This document shows, piece after piece, positions 51,935-60,257 of a stretch of DNA of 64,000 nt. The translations under genes were made by a program, and so were the position numbers. The stretch comes from a virus (taxonomy: Duplodnaviria; Caudoviricetes): the IMG/VR virus record IMGVR_UViG_3300020366_000001, positions 123,436 through 187,435 of that record; one strand, given 5' to 3'. The notes beneath the pieces are model-generated. The model saw nothing but the letters and a program-made list of their open reading frames with translations. It did no database searches and was not told the DNA's origin. Each line of letters begins with the position of its first letter. Within the stretch, counting starts at the first letter, position 1.

Positions 51935-52863
51935 TCTTCTTCTGCCAGACGGGCAAAGTACGAGAGTTGATCATCATCTTCTGTTTCCTTGACTGCAGGA
52001 GCTGCAGCGGGAGCAGAAGTTTGACGTGACGAGAACGAAGGTGCTCCCATAATGTCAGCGTCATTGAAACCACCACGACCTTCAGATTCGTCTTCGTAGG
52101 TTTCAGGATCAACACGACGTGCGGGTTGTTTGTTGATACCAAGCACCTCATTCAAGCGTGCTTGTAGTTCTTCAAACGATTTGAATTGATCTGCAGCAGT
52201 GAATGCTGACAGACTGTATTCAGACTTCCAGATCTTCTCCAGTTCATCATCATCAGAACTGAGAGCACTGGGAGAATCAAACTCAGACTTGTCATAGTTC
52301 CAGAAACCTGCAACCTTACAGATCTTGAGTTTGAAGTTAGCACCTTCCCAGAGGTCAAAGGGATTCACAGGAGTCTCATCTTCAAACTCGGGTTGCATTG
52401 CTGCAGTGATCTTATCGTAGATCTTCTTACCGAACTTGTAGAGAAATACCTTGCCCTCATTCTCAGGGTGTGCAGGGTCACGAACCACTTGGATGTTGGT
52501 GTAGTACGTGAGTTTACGCTTCTGCTTACGTGCAGTTTCTTTGTCTGCATCGATGCCAGAGTTCCAGAGTTTACGGTTGACTTCACCGACAGGATCCTTA
52601 CCACCAATGGTAGTAAGAGAGTTCTCGATGTACCAACCACCAGGACCTTGGAAAGCGTGTGAGTAGACTTTCGCCCACGGCAGATCCTCACCATCAGGTG
52701 CGGGGAGGAATCGGATCACAGCGTAACCGTTACCAGACTTATCAAGTTCAGGTTTCCAGAACCGTTCATCGGCACCAGCACCACCTTTGTTGATCTTCTC
52801 CACTTCCTGTACCAGATTGGACAGAGTGGACTTGGAACGACGCTTCAGATCGCTGAAAGACAT
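51931..52863 (-). CDS. gp32: single-stranded DNA-binding protein
   Basis: DERFWKP..DKSGNGYAVIRFLPAP, FQGPGGWYIENSLTT, YKFGKKI, NFKLKI..V.G..NYD, acidic tail ending LSYFARLAEED. Confidence 0.96.
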   Translation of the reverse strand: MSFSDLKRRSKSTLSNLVQEVEKINKGGAGADERFWKPELDKSGNGYAVIRFLPAPDGEDLPWAKVYSHAFQGPGGWYIENSLTTIGGKDPVGEVNRKLWNSGIDADKETARKQKRKLTYYTNIQVVRDPAHPENEGKVFLYKFGKKIYDKITAAMQPEFEDETPVNPFDLWEGANFKLKICKVAGFWNYDKSEFDSPSALSSDDDELEKIWKSEYSLSAFTAADQFKSFEELQARLNEVLGINKQPARRVDPETYEDESEGRGGFNDADIMGAPSFSSRQTSAPAAAPAVKETEDDDQLSYFARLAEED

Positions 52864-52925
52864 TTGGATTACCTCGGATTGAATAGGATTTGGTTTGGTA
52901 CCTATGCATTATAGCATAGATTTTT

Positions 52926-53046
52926 GAAAATATCCTCTGCTCGTCAGCAGAGGAGGCTCAAGAGGGGTCCCACCTCTCTCCCGCGTGGGTTGGATTTCCG
53001 ATTCTTTTTTCTCTCGGAGACGCGAGCCAGGATGCATTCCAGTCCC
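52926..53046 (-). ncRNA. structured RNA, probably the manA motif
   Basis: Several nested helices (GGCUC/GAGCC, CGCGU/ACGCG, UCCGA/UCGGA around an A-rich loop, AGAGG/CCUCU, final UCCUCUGCU/AGCAGAGGA) directly 3' of a tRNA. manA RNAs are known from cyanophages; the family assignment is from recall only. Confidence 0.6.
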
Positions 53047-53050
53047 TTAA

Positions 53051-53122
53051 CTGAGGTGGCAGGGATCGAACCTGCGACCAATCGATTAACAGTCGATAGC
53101 TCTACCGCTGAGCTACACCTCA
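53051..53122 (-). tRNA. tRNA-Asn(GUU)
   Basis: TGAGGTG/CACCTCA acceptor stem, TAGCTCAGCGGTAGAGC D-arm, ATCGA-CT-GTT-AA-TCGAT anticodon arm, GTTCGATCC T-loop. Confidence 0.95.
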
Positions 53123-53376
53123 TTGTGTGGACTTACGTCCTCTAGTTTACCATCGATGAACCCTCTTCGATACTCCCAGGTTTGACCCCCAGGCGTGCCT
53201 CTAACAGGGTTGATACACTTAGTGTAATCTGGATCTTCTTTGGTTATATTATTGCAGACTAAACCTGCCAGGTCTAGTTCATTTCCTTGGGCACCTGTTG
53301 CCCAATAGTGTTGACCATTCAACCAAACAGCACCGCACTTGGTGCATTCCAGTCTAGACAGATTCATTTCTTCCAC
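53113..53376 (-). CDS. conserved cyanophage hypothetical protein
   Basis: C.KCGA.W.NGQHYW.TG..G.E.DLAGLVCN...CINP; ATAAATA upstream at 53398-53404. Confidence 0.75.
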   Translation of the reverse strand: MEEMNLSRLECTKCGAVWLNGQHYWATGAQGNELDLAGLVCNNITKEDPDYTKCINPVRGTPGGQTWEYRRGFIDGKLEDVSPHNEV

Positions 53377-53427
53377 AATAACGGTGGCGTGAGAACCTAT
53401 TTATGTTACCGCAGGAACTATCATTTG

Positions 53428-53766
53428 TCAATCTGTGTCCTCTATACTTTTCTTAAGAGACTCTACCATCTGATCCATTTGACCAAACACATTGCTAACA
53501 CTGACATCTTTAGGGATACCTACAGCATCCATAACCTTTCGGACATCAGATGCCATCAGCGCTGCAGTTTCATCATATTCTTTTGACAGTTCAACACGTG
53601 CCCATAAGATCTTTTGCTTATTCAGAAGTGTCTCGACCATCTCGACATACTCTTCTCTTTCGTCAGCATCAAGTTGCGGAAATGAAAGCGTCATCTCCGC
53701 TAACTTATCCTGCAACTCATTGATAACACGTATCTCGCTCTTGACAAATTCTGAATCTCTAAACAT
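53428..53766 (-). CDS. DUF1825-like cyanobacterial/cyanophage protein
   Basis: F.DSE.V..E...I..LQ ... LL.KQ.I...R..LS pattern. Confidence 0.7.
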   Translation of the reverse strand: MFRDSEFVKSEIRVINELQDKLAEMTLSFPQLDADEREEYVEMVETLLNKQKILWARVELSKEYDETAALMASDVRKVMDAVGIPKDVSVSNVFGQMDQMVESLKKSIEDTD

Positions 53767-54020
53767 TAGAACATTAACTTAGCACGACTAGTCTTTTTAA
53801 TAAAGTTCAACCTTTGAGCATCGAACTTCAGTTTTTCCTTGAGTGGTTTGCTGATTAGTTTACCAACAGTTTCAATCTCGATGCTGTTTAATTCACAAAA
53901 GTGTACAACTGCATCGATGTAATTCATATCGCTGTTATCCACAACGAGTTTTTCAATTTCACCTGCAAATTTTGTAGAAGTCATAAACTTGGTTTCTATT
54001 CCATCATTTTGTTGTGGCAT
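53766..54020 (-). CDS. gp33: late transcription coactivator
   Basis: F..EIE..V.....YIDA.V.FCE.N.IE.ETV.KLISKPLKEKLK.DA..LNF.KKTSRAKL; start at ATG 54020. Confidence 0.88.
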   Translation of the reverse strand: MPQQNDGIETKFMTSTKFAGEIEKLVVDNSDMNYIDAVVHFCELNSIEIETVGKLISKPLKEKLKFDAQRLNFIKKTSRAKLMF

Positions 54021-54678
54021 TGTATTCCTTGATAGCGGATAGGAGCTTCTTGTAATGCGGTTCCTTAAGGGAAGTTTTAACCACTTGGCACTCGCCGTCT
54101 TCGCAGGCAACGATTGCAACAAACTGTTCTACTTCCAACTTATACCGTTCGTAAAACATATACCCATAAGCACACATCTGTGTGAAGTAATCCTCCACAA
54201 TGTACTGCTTCTTTGGGGACTTAGAAGTCTTGAAGTCAATAACCGATAGGACACCATCGAACTCAGCAATGAGGTCAACTTGTCCAGCGATCTTAAGCTT
54301 GTCAGACCACAGCATACTCTCAATGAGTCGTGGTCTGTCTATCCTATCTAGGCTAGTTTTAGAAGTAAGAAACATCTGCACAGGCAGAGGAGAATCTTTA
54401 TGATCTTCTAGATTTAAAACATTTTTAATGTATCGTTCGGTGATACCGTGGTAATTTGTACCACGTGTGGTTGCACGTTTGGTAGTACGATCTGCTTCAT
54501 CTTTTCCTACACGAGCACGCCACTTATGAATAGCTGCTTTCTTTTCCTTACGGTTTGATAGCACCGTAGTAACAGAGGGGTAGTGACCACCCTCAACGGA
54601 GTAAAGTCGCCGCCCCTCAATTAGTTCTCGTTTTAGAGTGACCGAATCAATAAGTTGTGAGTGGTCAAATTTTTTCAT
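54004..54678 (-). CDS. PD-(D/E)XK exonuclease
   Basis: YPSVTTVL, W..RVG..EA, RGT..H, AG.VD.IAE.DG.LS.IDFKTS, YF.Q..AY; start at ATG 54678. Confidence 0.88.
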   Translation of the reverse strand: MKKFDHSQLIDSVTLKRELIEGRRLYSVEGGHYPSVTTVLSNRKEKKAAIHKWRARVGKDEADRTTKRATTRGTNYHGITERYIKNVLNLEDHKDSPLPVQMFLTSKTSLDRIDRPRLIESMLWSDKLKIAGQVDLIAEFDGVLSVIDFKTSKSPKKQYIVEDYFTQMCAYGYMFYERYKLEVEQFVAIVACEDGECQVVKTSLKEPHYKKLLSAIKEYNATTK

Positions 54679-55414
54679 TGTAACCTTGGTTGATCTTGGA
54701 GACCAGATACGATCTAACAAGACCAGACCTAACGATATCCTCAAGACCAAATTCTACTTTAGAGAACTCAGGCATACCCTCAAGGATTTGCATAAAATCT
54801 AGAATGCCAGTGCGTTCTGTGACCTTTTGGAGGTCGGTTTGAGTGGCGTCTCCAGCAAACATAATCTTGCTGTTCTCGCCAACCCTAGTCATTATACTAT
54901 CAAGTTCGTGAAAATTCAAGTTCTGAAATTCATCAACGATCACAATAGCATTATCAAGAGTCGTACCCCTAAGAAAAGAAGTAGACCAAAAGCTGATAGT
55001 TTCTTGACGTTGTAGGTCTTCATAAAGAGTTTCAAATTCTTTATCACTATACATCGAGAACATATGCTTTACCATATTCCTATAAGGAATTTGATAAAGG
55101 AATGATTTATCCTCGTGAGTACCAGGGAGGAATCCAATCTCCCGTGTTGCGACTAGTGATCTTACAAGATAGACTTTTTCGTATGGAGTATCTTCTGTCA
55201 GCACTTCTTTCAGTGCATTGTATAAAAGACAGAAAGTTTTACCAGTACCAGCACAACCATATGAGACTAAGTTTTTACCCTCGGCATATTTTTCCCAAAG
55301 TAACTCTTGATTCTCTGTCAGAGGTTCGATGTTCCTCATAAGAGATGTGTTGATCGGTTTAGATCTTTTCATCTGCTTAGCGGATAACGTGCTAGTGGAT
55401 TTCCTTCTGGGCAT
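54665..55414 (-). CDS. phoH: PhoH-like ATPase
   Basis: PLTENQ, Walker A GCAGTGKT, REIGFLPG, RGTTLD, DEFQN, GD..Q.DL, DIVRSGLV. Confidence 0.95.
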   Translation of the reverse strand: MPRRKSTSTLSAKQMKRSKPINTSLMRNIEPLTENQELLWEKYAEGKNLVSYGCAGTGKTFCLLYNALKEVLTEDTPYEKVYLVRSLVATREIGFLPGTHEDKSFLYQIPYRNMVKHMFSMYSDKEFETLYEDLQRQETISFWSTSFLRGTTLDNAIVIVDEFQNLNFHELDSIMTRVGENSKIMFAGDATQTDLQKVTERTGILDFMQILEGMPEFSKVEFGLEDIVRSGLVRSYLVSKINQGYNEKI

Positions 55415-55418
55415 ACGT

Positions 55419-55655
55419 TTACTTGTAGGGTTTTACATTGGATCCAGGAACTTGACTTACTTTTTGTAAGACTTCATTCCATCCGCCGTCGGTTTTATTT
55501 CTCCAGTCCCCTACCTCTGCCATCCCAGCTACTCCAGCGGACCAGTCCTTATCCCAATCAGGATTTTCTTCTCTCCACTTTTCGTAGTTAGCAAGGGAGA
55601 GGTTTAGAGATTTTGTCTCACCTGTTTTATTATTTTTAACTGGATAGATCGGCAT
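55419..55655 (-). CDS. conserved phage protein (FmdB-like N-terminus without Cys)
   Basis: MP.YPV.N..TGE, GWNEVL.KV...PGS.V. Confidence 0.75.
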   Translation of the reverse strand: MPIYPVKNNKTGETKSLNLSLANYEKWREENPDWDKDWSAGVAGMAEVGDWRNKTDGGWNEVLQKVSQVPGSNVKPYK

Positions 55656-55661
55656 AGCTAT

Positions 55662-56369
55662 TTAGTCCTGAGCGTCATCTTTGTGAGTGATTTCCCACTC
55701 GCGTTTCTTGTCACGGTTGATTCGTTCTTGATCTGCTTTCATCTCTTTCTTGAGGTCAGAATACTTATCCTTATTAGCTTCGGTAAATCCCGATTCCCAA
55801 GGCATAATTTCCTGACTGTCAAGACCTAAGTTGATTGCTTCCTGAGAAGTCCAACCTTTTTGACGGAGACGATCACGTTCGTAGGTTCCTTGTCTGTCCT
55901 TCGACTCTTGCATAGCGTTCATTTGATCTTCTTCCTGAATGTTCAGGGGTTCAGAAGAATCAATCTTCTTCCATTCAAAGTCGTGGTCAGAGTCTCCCAT
56001 CATTCTGGGAGTCCCTACAATTTTACCATATTTTTTAATGTCCTCATCAAAGTGACTGATTTTATTTTTACGTTTATCAGTTACCTTATACTTAGTATAG
56101 TTCTCTAGAGGATCCTTAGTATCATTCCAAGAAGCAGGTTGTGCTGGTTTCCAGTTGGCAGTCTTCTCTTCTTGACACCTAGTCTCGTGATCGATGTCAG
56201 GATAACTAGGGAATCCTTCGTCCGATTTAAACTTAAGGTATCTGAGTTTGCCAGGGGCAACACAGAGATTAGGATTCATCTTGAGAAAATCTTCCAACCC
56301 CTCTAAAGACAAAAACAATTCGCCAGCGGGTTCCCCCGTTTCTTTATTATTAAATTCGTATTGAGGCAT
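55662..56369 (-). CDS. hypothetical protein
   Basis: 235-aa charged ORF whose N-terminus is paralogous to 55419-55655. Confidence 0.7.
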   Translation of the reverse strand: MPQYEFNNKETGEPAGELFLSLEGLEDFLKMNPNLCVAPGKLRYLKFKSDEGFPSYPDIDHETRCQEEKTANWKPAQPASWNDTKDPLENYTKYKVTDKRKNKISHFDEDIKKYGKIVGTPRMMGDSDHDFEWKKIDSSEPLNIQEEDQMNAMQESKDRQGTYERDRLRQKGWTSQEAINLGLDSQEIMPWESGFTEANKDKYSDLKKEMKADQERINRDKKREWEITHKDDAQD

Positions 56370-57019
56370 TAGAATTTCATCACCGTAATATATCTAGGTT
56401 GATAAGCAGTGGTCATAGGTGCTCTAGCAGCGTGGGGAATCCGACCATCAAATGATACAACACGTCCTGGCTTAGGTAAAACAGACTTGATAATCTCTTT
56501 CTTAAAATTATAGAAGACTGTCTCACCACCCCAGTTATAGTCCCACTCATCATTCATATAGAACATCACAGTTCTATTCCTAGGATCTACGTTGTCAAAA
56601 TGTGCTTTGGGTTTGTCCATAAACCTCAGCATATTCGTGTACACGTTGCCTAGATGCTCATAAGGAGGAAGAGTATCGATGATGGTAGACAAAGAGTCAT
56701 ACAGCGCCTTACAGAAGGTCTCATCATCGTGTGTGCACTCAGGTGCACCCTTATGGATACGTGTCCAATACTTATCGTCGATCGCCATCGACTCTTCGCA
56801 AGTATAGTTAGCGATCTCTCGCATCATTCGTTGCTTAAACTCTTCCACCTCTTCGGGTGTTCGTTTCTGACTAAGAAACTTACGAGTCTGTTCAAACTGC
56901 TTCTCGCTATTGGAACGAGCGAGAACATAAAAACTACCACGGAGCCATTGGTACATAGTCTCCGTGGTCTTTTCGTCTAGGACATCATCGTAGACTTTAA
57001 TGTCGTTCAGGAAATCCAT
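56369..57019 (-). CDS. 2OG-Fe(II) oxygenase (prolyl hydroxylase-like)
   Basis: AHFD, FYMNDEW...WGGET.F, PKPGR.V.FDGRIPH.A, R. Confidence 0.88.
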   Translation of the reverse strand: MDFLNDIKVYDDVLDEKTTETMYQWLRGSFYVLARSNSEKQFEQTRKFLSQKRTPEEVEEFKQRMMREIANYTCEESMAIDDKYWTRIHKGAPECTHDDETFCKALYDSLSTIIDTLPPYEHLGNVYTNMLRFMDKPKAHFDNVDPRNRTVMFYMNDEWDYNWGGETVFYNFKKEIIKSVLPKPGRVVSFDGRIPHAARAPMTTAYQPRYITVMKF

Positions 57020-57645
57020 TCTAATGCTTTAGCTACTGTCGGGAATTGTTCACAGAAGATAGACTTACATTCCTCAGCGATATCCATATGTTCTTTCTGA
57101 GTTCCATTAGCAGATCTCAGATTGATATAATGGCACCACGAGCGAACTGAGCCTGTCATATACAATTTAGTCCCTACGGATAGGGGCAAAACAAAACGAG
57201 CACATTCCTTTGCCACGCCAACATCTAGCAATGAATTGTACAGATACATCGCATCATCAAAGTGTTTGCGAATCTTCTTCTGGTAATCTTCGATGATACC
57301 AGGAGGAAGATCTGCCGTAGAGTTCTGACGATTCTTAAGATCTTGCCTACGAAGGTCAGGAACTTCAATACTTTCACCTAGAAGACTTGCATCTGCATAC
57401 CGCTGGGAAAACTCTTGATATGTGAAGCTACGATGACGCAAAATTTGAGCTGCTACTCCCCTGGTAGTTGAAATTTCCAGAGTCATAAACGCTTGTTCAA
57501 ACACACTCCAGTGACCGTGTTTGATGCAGTACTTAAGAAGACCAGAATAATTTTCGTTGTTCTGGTTAGAAGGGTTGCTGACTCTGGCGACATACGCCAT
57601 CGTCTTCTCAGCATCAGGGGTGACGGAAACAAGTTTGACGTTCAT
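57007..57645 (-). CDS. thyX: flavin-dependent thymidylate synthase
   Basis: GHWSVFEQ, QILRHRSFTYQEFSQRY, KECARFVLP, Q.EH. Confidence 0.96.
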   Translation of the reverse strand: MNVKLVSVTPDAEKTMAYVARVSNPSNQNNENYSGLLKYCIKHGHWSVFEQAFMTLEISTTRGVAAQILRHRSFTYQEFSQRYADASLLGESIEVPDLRRQDLKNRQNSTADLPPGIIEDYQKKIRKHFDDAMYLYNSLLDVGVAKECARFVLPLSVGTKLYMTGSVRSWCHYINLRSANGTQKEHMDIAEECKSIFCEQFPTVAKALEWIS

Positions 57646-58289
57646 CGGGAAATTTTCATACGGTAAATGCCAGTGTCCAACTCAGTCGGAACAAAATTCA
57701 TAGAGATCGATACCCGACGGGCATCACGATCTTGAATCTGGGTTTCGTGAGTCAAGTTACTGGGCCACAGAAACAGTATACACTCTTCAGGCATCATAGT
57801 CAAGGACTCGGAGTTGTATCTGCTCTGCTCGGTAGGGTTGACAGAGAAATAAGGGGAAGTCTTTTCAATCGTGTTGCTACTAAAAGTAATACCTGTACTT
57901 CCATAAGGGAAATTCAAATAGTATGTACCTGACACAAAGCAGTTAGCGTGACTATGCTTATACTGCCATCCCCCTTTCTTAGTGACATTCACCCAACAGT
58001 TAGGAATGATATGTCCAGGGATATCTAATTTTTGTACCTCTTTTGTGTAGTCTACAAAAGATTCATCCAGGAATTTATTAAACTCTTTGATGATAGGATA
58101 ATCCTCATCCAAAAAGTTTTCGCCAGACACATTATAAAAATGTGTGATGTCCTGGGTCATCGGGTTAGGCATCATTGTTCTAGACTTAATAAGTTCTCGA
58201 ACAAGTTCCTTCAGTTCTTTATTCTTTTCTCTATCCCACTGATAGATTCCCAGTGCGGTAGGAAATAGATCTACTACTTCAGCTCTCAT
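57642..58289 (-). CDS. putative 2OG-Fe(II) oxygenase
   Basis: LFPT, WVN....GG.Q..HSHAN..VSGTYYL, LWPS.L.H, RVSISMN. Confidence 0.85.
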   Translation of the reverse strand: MRAEVVDLFPTALGIYQWDREKNKELKELVRELIKSRTMMPNPMTQDITHFYNVSGENFLDEDYPIIKEFNKFLDESFVDYTKEVQKLDIPGHIIPNCWVNVTKKGGWQYKHSHANCFVSGTYYLNFPYGSTGITFSSNTIEKTSPYFSVNPTEQSRYNSESLTMMPEECILFLWPSNLTHETQIQDRDARRVSISMNFVPTELDTGIYRMKISR

Positions 58290-58962
58290 CAGATCTAACC
58301 ACAGAAAAATCATATGCACCTGCAGTAAACTTAGCAGGCATAAAGTTCATCGAGATAGAAGTACGAGTAGCACCCTTCTCTGTTGGTGCTGTAAGATGAG
58401 CGATGTTACCTGGCCATAAGATAAGTCTCATCTCTTCGCAGTTACCATACCACTGAGTACAGTTAAACTGTGTCGTCTTCAGGGTATCAAACCCAATGTA
58501 AGGTCTCTCTGGTTGAGCACCAGGATTCATAAAGATGATAGGTCCAGCACCATCTTCCATATGAAGATAGTAAGTGCCAGACACAAAAGCATTAGCGTGA
58601 GTATGGATCACTTGATTGCCACCATCTTTAGTGACATTAACCCAGCAGTCAGTGATAAAGGAATCGTATGTTGTATTCCATCCACACAATTCCAACACAT
58701 AATCCGCATAACATTCTTTCAACCAGTCGTGAAAGTACTGGAAGATAGGTTCGTCATTATCATATAGCAGGTGCTCTCCAGCGTGCTGATAGAAGTGATA
58801 CATCGCATCAGACCATTGCGATGGTCCTTCTTTCACTTTCTTTACAGCACTACGAACAGCACGTTTAAGTTCCCAGTGTTTATCATCAGGAAATTTATAA
58901 TATGCTATGGGAGTAGAGAAGATAGGTTCTACCTGCTCCCGATCAATACTAATCCTGGGCAA
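58279..58962 (-). CDS. putative 2OG-Fe(II) oxygenase
   Basis: IFSTPI, WVNVTK.GG.Q..HTHANA.VSGTYYL, LWP....H, RTSISMN; tandem paralog of 57642-58289; TTG start uncertain. Confidence 0.83.
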   Translation of the reverse strand: MPRISIDREQVEPIFSTPIAYYKFPDDKHWELKRAVRSAVKKVKEGPSQWSDAMYHFYQHAGEHLLYDNDEPIFQYFHDWLKECYADYVLELCGWNTTYDSFITDCWVNVTKDGGNQVIHTHANAFVSGTYYLHMEDGAGPIIFMNPGAQPERPYIGFDTLKTTQFNCTQWYGNCEEMRLILWPGNIAHLTAPTEKGATRTSISMNFMPAKFTAGAYDFSVVRSDES

Positions 58963-59128
58963 ATCCTTTTTCCCTCCGACGGTCTTTACGTTTTCTTTCC
59001 AACCCGTCCTTTGCTAGTCTAAGTTGGATGTGCATATACTGCAACTCACTTTCAGTGTAGAGTTGAGGGTTCTTCTTCGCTTGTTTCAGCGCAAGTTTCG
59101 CCATCTTTATCGTGTCTTTGTAACGCAT
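58949..59128 (-). CDS. small basic hypothetical protein (59 aa, not in ORF track)
   Basis: MRYKDTIKMAKLALKQAKKNPQLYTESELQYMHIQLRLAKDGLERKRKDRRRKKGFAQD. Confidence 0.6.
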   Translation of the reverse strand: MRYKDTIKMAKLALKQAKKNPQLYTESELQYMHIQLRLAKDGLERKRKDRRREKGFAQD

Positions 59129-59336
59129 TTTTTGCCTGTTTGTATTCGTAAAATCTGTCCCGCAGGTCGAGAAGATAATCTTTATCTGGGAGTGAATATC
59201 CCTGACTTAAACAGGTATCACAGAACTCATAGACATCTCTATCAAGTTCGTAACCCATCTCAATGAATGCGCTAAGTACAAATTTTCTTTGTTGGAATCT
59301 TTCCGAATTGAATCTCCAGTCAGTCTGGATATCCAT
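59052..59336 (-). CDS. hypothetical protein
   Basis: DWRF..ER...R..VL ... VYEFCD; start uncertain. Confidence 0.6.
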   Translation of the reverse strand: MDIQTDWRFNSERFQQRKFVLSAFIEMGYELDRDVYEFCDTCLSQGYSLPDKDYLLDLRDRFYEYKQAKNALQRHDKDGETCAETSEEEPSTLH

Positions 59337-59490
59337 CGTCGTCATCTCCTTGGTCATATTTAAATCCAAATTGTGGTCCCCCCTGTTGTAGTTGAATGTA
59401 CGAATCGGGGTCGGAATAAATTTCGCTTTCCAATGCGCTTACTAAAGACTTGAGATTCTTTAGTATGAGTTTAAGTCTGTCTCTATCCAT
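59320..59490 (-). CDS. small conserved cyanophage protein (56 aa, not in ORF track)
   Basis: MDRDRLKLILKNLKSLVSALESEIYSDPDSY...DDDDGYPD; TGTTATAAT -10 element upstream. Confidence 0.7.
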   Translation of the reverse strand: MDRDRLKLILKNLKSLVSALESEIYSDPDSYIQLQQGGPQFGFKYDQGDDDDGYPD

Positions 59491-59522
59491 AGAAAGGACA
59501 ATGCTACTACTAATTATAACAC

Positions 59523-59549
59523 AAAAAAATGAGGGTCGCTAGACCCTCA
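59523..59549 (-). terminator. intrinsic terminator closing the riboswitch operon
   Basis: TGAGGGTC-TAGC-GACCCTCA followed by T7. Confidence 0.8.
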
Positions 59550-59705
59550 GTCATTGATCTTCCAGTTTTTATTGCCTCGTGACTTAAGATTAACCCACTT
59601 GGCGTAGTGTACACCACGGTACGTTAAGAGCGCGAACGTTCTTGCTGGATCGTGTTTGTTTGGATCAAATTCTGGAAGGTCATATTCTAAACTGACCTTC
59701 AGCAT
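59547..59705 (-). CDS. small protein with YRGV motif (DUF4278-related)
   Basis: MLKVSLEYDLPEFDPNKHDPARTFALLTYRGVHYAKWVNLKSRGNKNWKIND. Confidence 0.65.
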   Translation of the reverse strand: MLKVSLEYDLPEFDPNKHDPARTFALLTYRGVHYAKWVNLKSRGNKNWKIND

Positions 59706-59717
59706 TGTCCAATCCCC

Positions 59718-59813
59718 CTACAGTTTATGGAGAAGGAGGATCTCACCGTAAAGTAACGCGATGAATGCTGCACAACTAAGGGACGTGAGTCCAACTAATT
59801 GAAGTGCTTCCAT
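59718..59813 (-). CDS. 31-aa single-helix membrane peptide
   Basis: MEALQLVGLTSLSCAAFIALLYGEILLLHKL; tightly packed between the two YRG-motif genes. Confidence 0.55.
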   Translation of the reverse strand: MEALQLVGLTSLSCAAFIALLYGEILLLHKL

Positions 59814-59818
59814 AGCGA

Positions 59819-59986
59819 TCACTTGGTGTACTTCTGACCGCGATAGCAGAAAGTGCCGTGAGTCTCTTTAGACTCTACACAACGGGTGTCATACTCAACA
59901 CCACGATATGCAGTGTGAGAGATCTGAGCGTCGTGCAGGCGTGCTGCTTTCTCGATCTTATTCTTGATGAGTGTAAGTGTGTTCAT
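59819..59986 (-). CDS. DUF4278-like small protein
   Basis: MNTLTLIKNKIEKAARLHDAQISHTAYRGVEYDTRCVESKETHGTFCYRGQKYTK has two YRG..Y motifs; strong AGGAG RBS. Confidence 0.75.
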   Translation of the reverse strand: MNTLTLIKNKIEKAARLHDAQISHTAYRGVEYDTRCVESKETHGTFCYRGQKYTK

Positions 59987-60054
59987 TTGTTTTCTCCTGA
60001 AGTGGGTGGTTTTTCTCCTTTAACCCCGAAGGGTGATCCGAGTTTCCCGTTCCT

Positions 60055-60222
60055 TCAGTCGTTTGCGTCCCAGTAGTATTCACATTCAGGTAAGGCTTCT
60101 CTCACAGTCTCAATCAATTCTACCTGAAGTACAGGTTCAAGATTTCGATCTGCTTTGATCTTGAGCATCAACGTATCCGCATCAGCGCAAGCCATACTCG
60201 AATATAGTAGAAATTCAAACAT
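60055..60222 (-). CDS. 55-aa protein embedded in the second aptamer (not in ORF track)
   Basis: MFEFLLYSSMACADADTLMLKIKADRNLEPVLQVELIETVREALPECEYYWDAND; GGAG 10 nt upstream; paralog of 60258-60458. Confidence 0.7.
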   Translation of the reverse strand: MFEFLLYSSMACADADTLMLKIKADRNLEPVLQVELIETVREALPECEYYWDAND

Positions 60223-60257
60223 AGGATGAACGCTCCGTTCCGCGACTTACTTGCGTC

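Noticed and set aside
52924-53145. 73-aa plus-strand ORF
   Set aside because: Antisense to tRNA-Asn and the structured RNA.
54004-54678. Cas4-like nuclease as part of a CRISPR system
   Set aside because: No repeat-spacer array or other cas genes seen; it is the usual exonuclease beside phoH.
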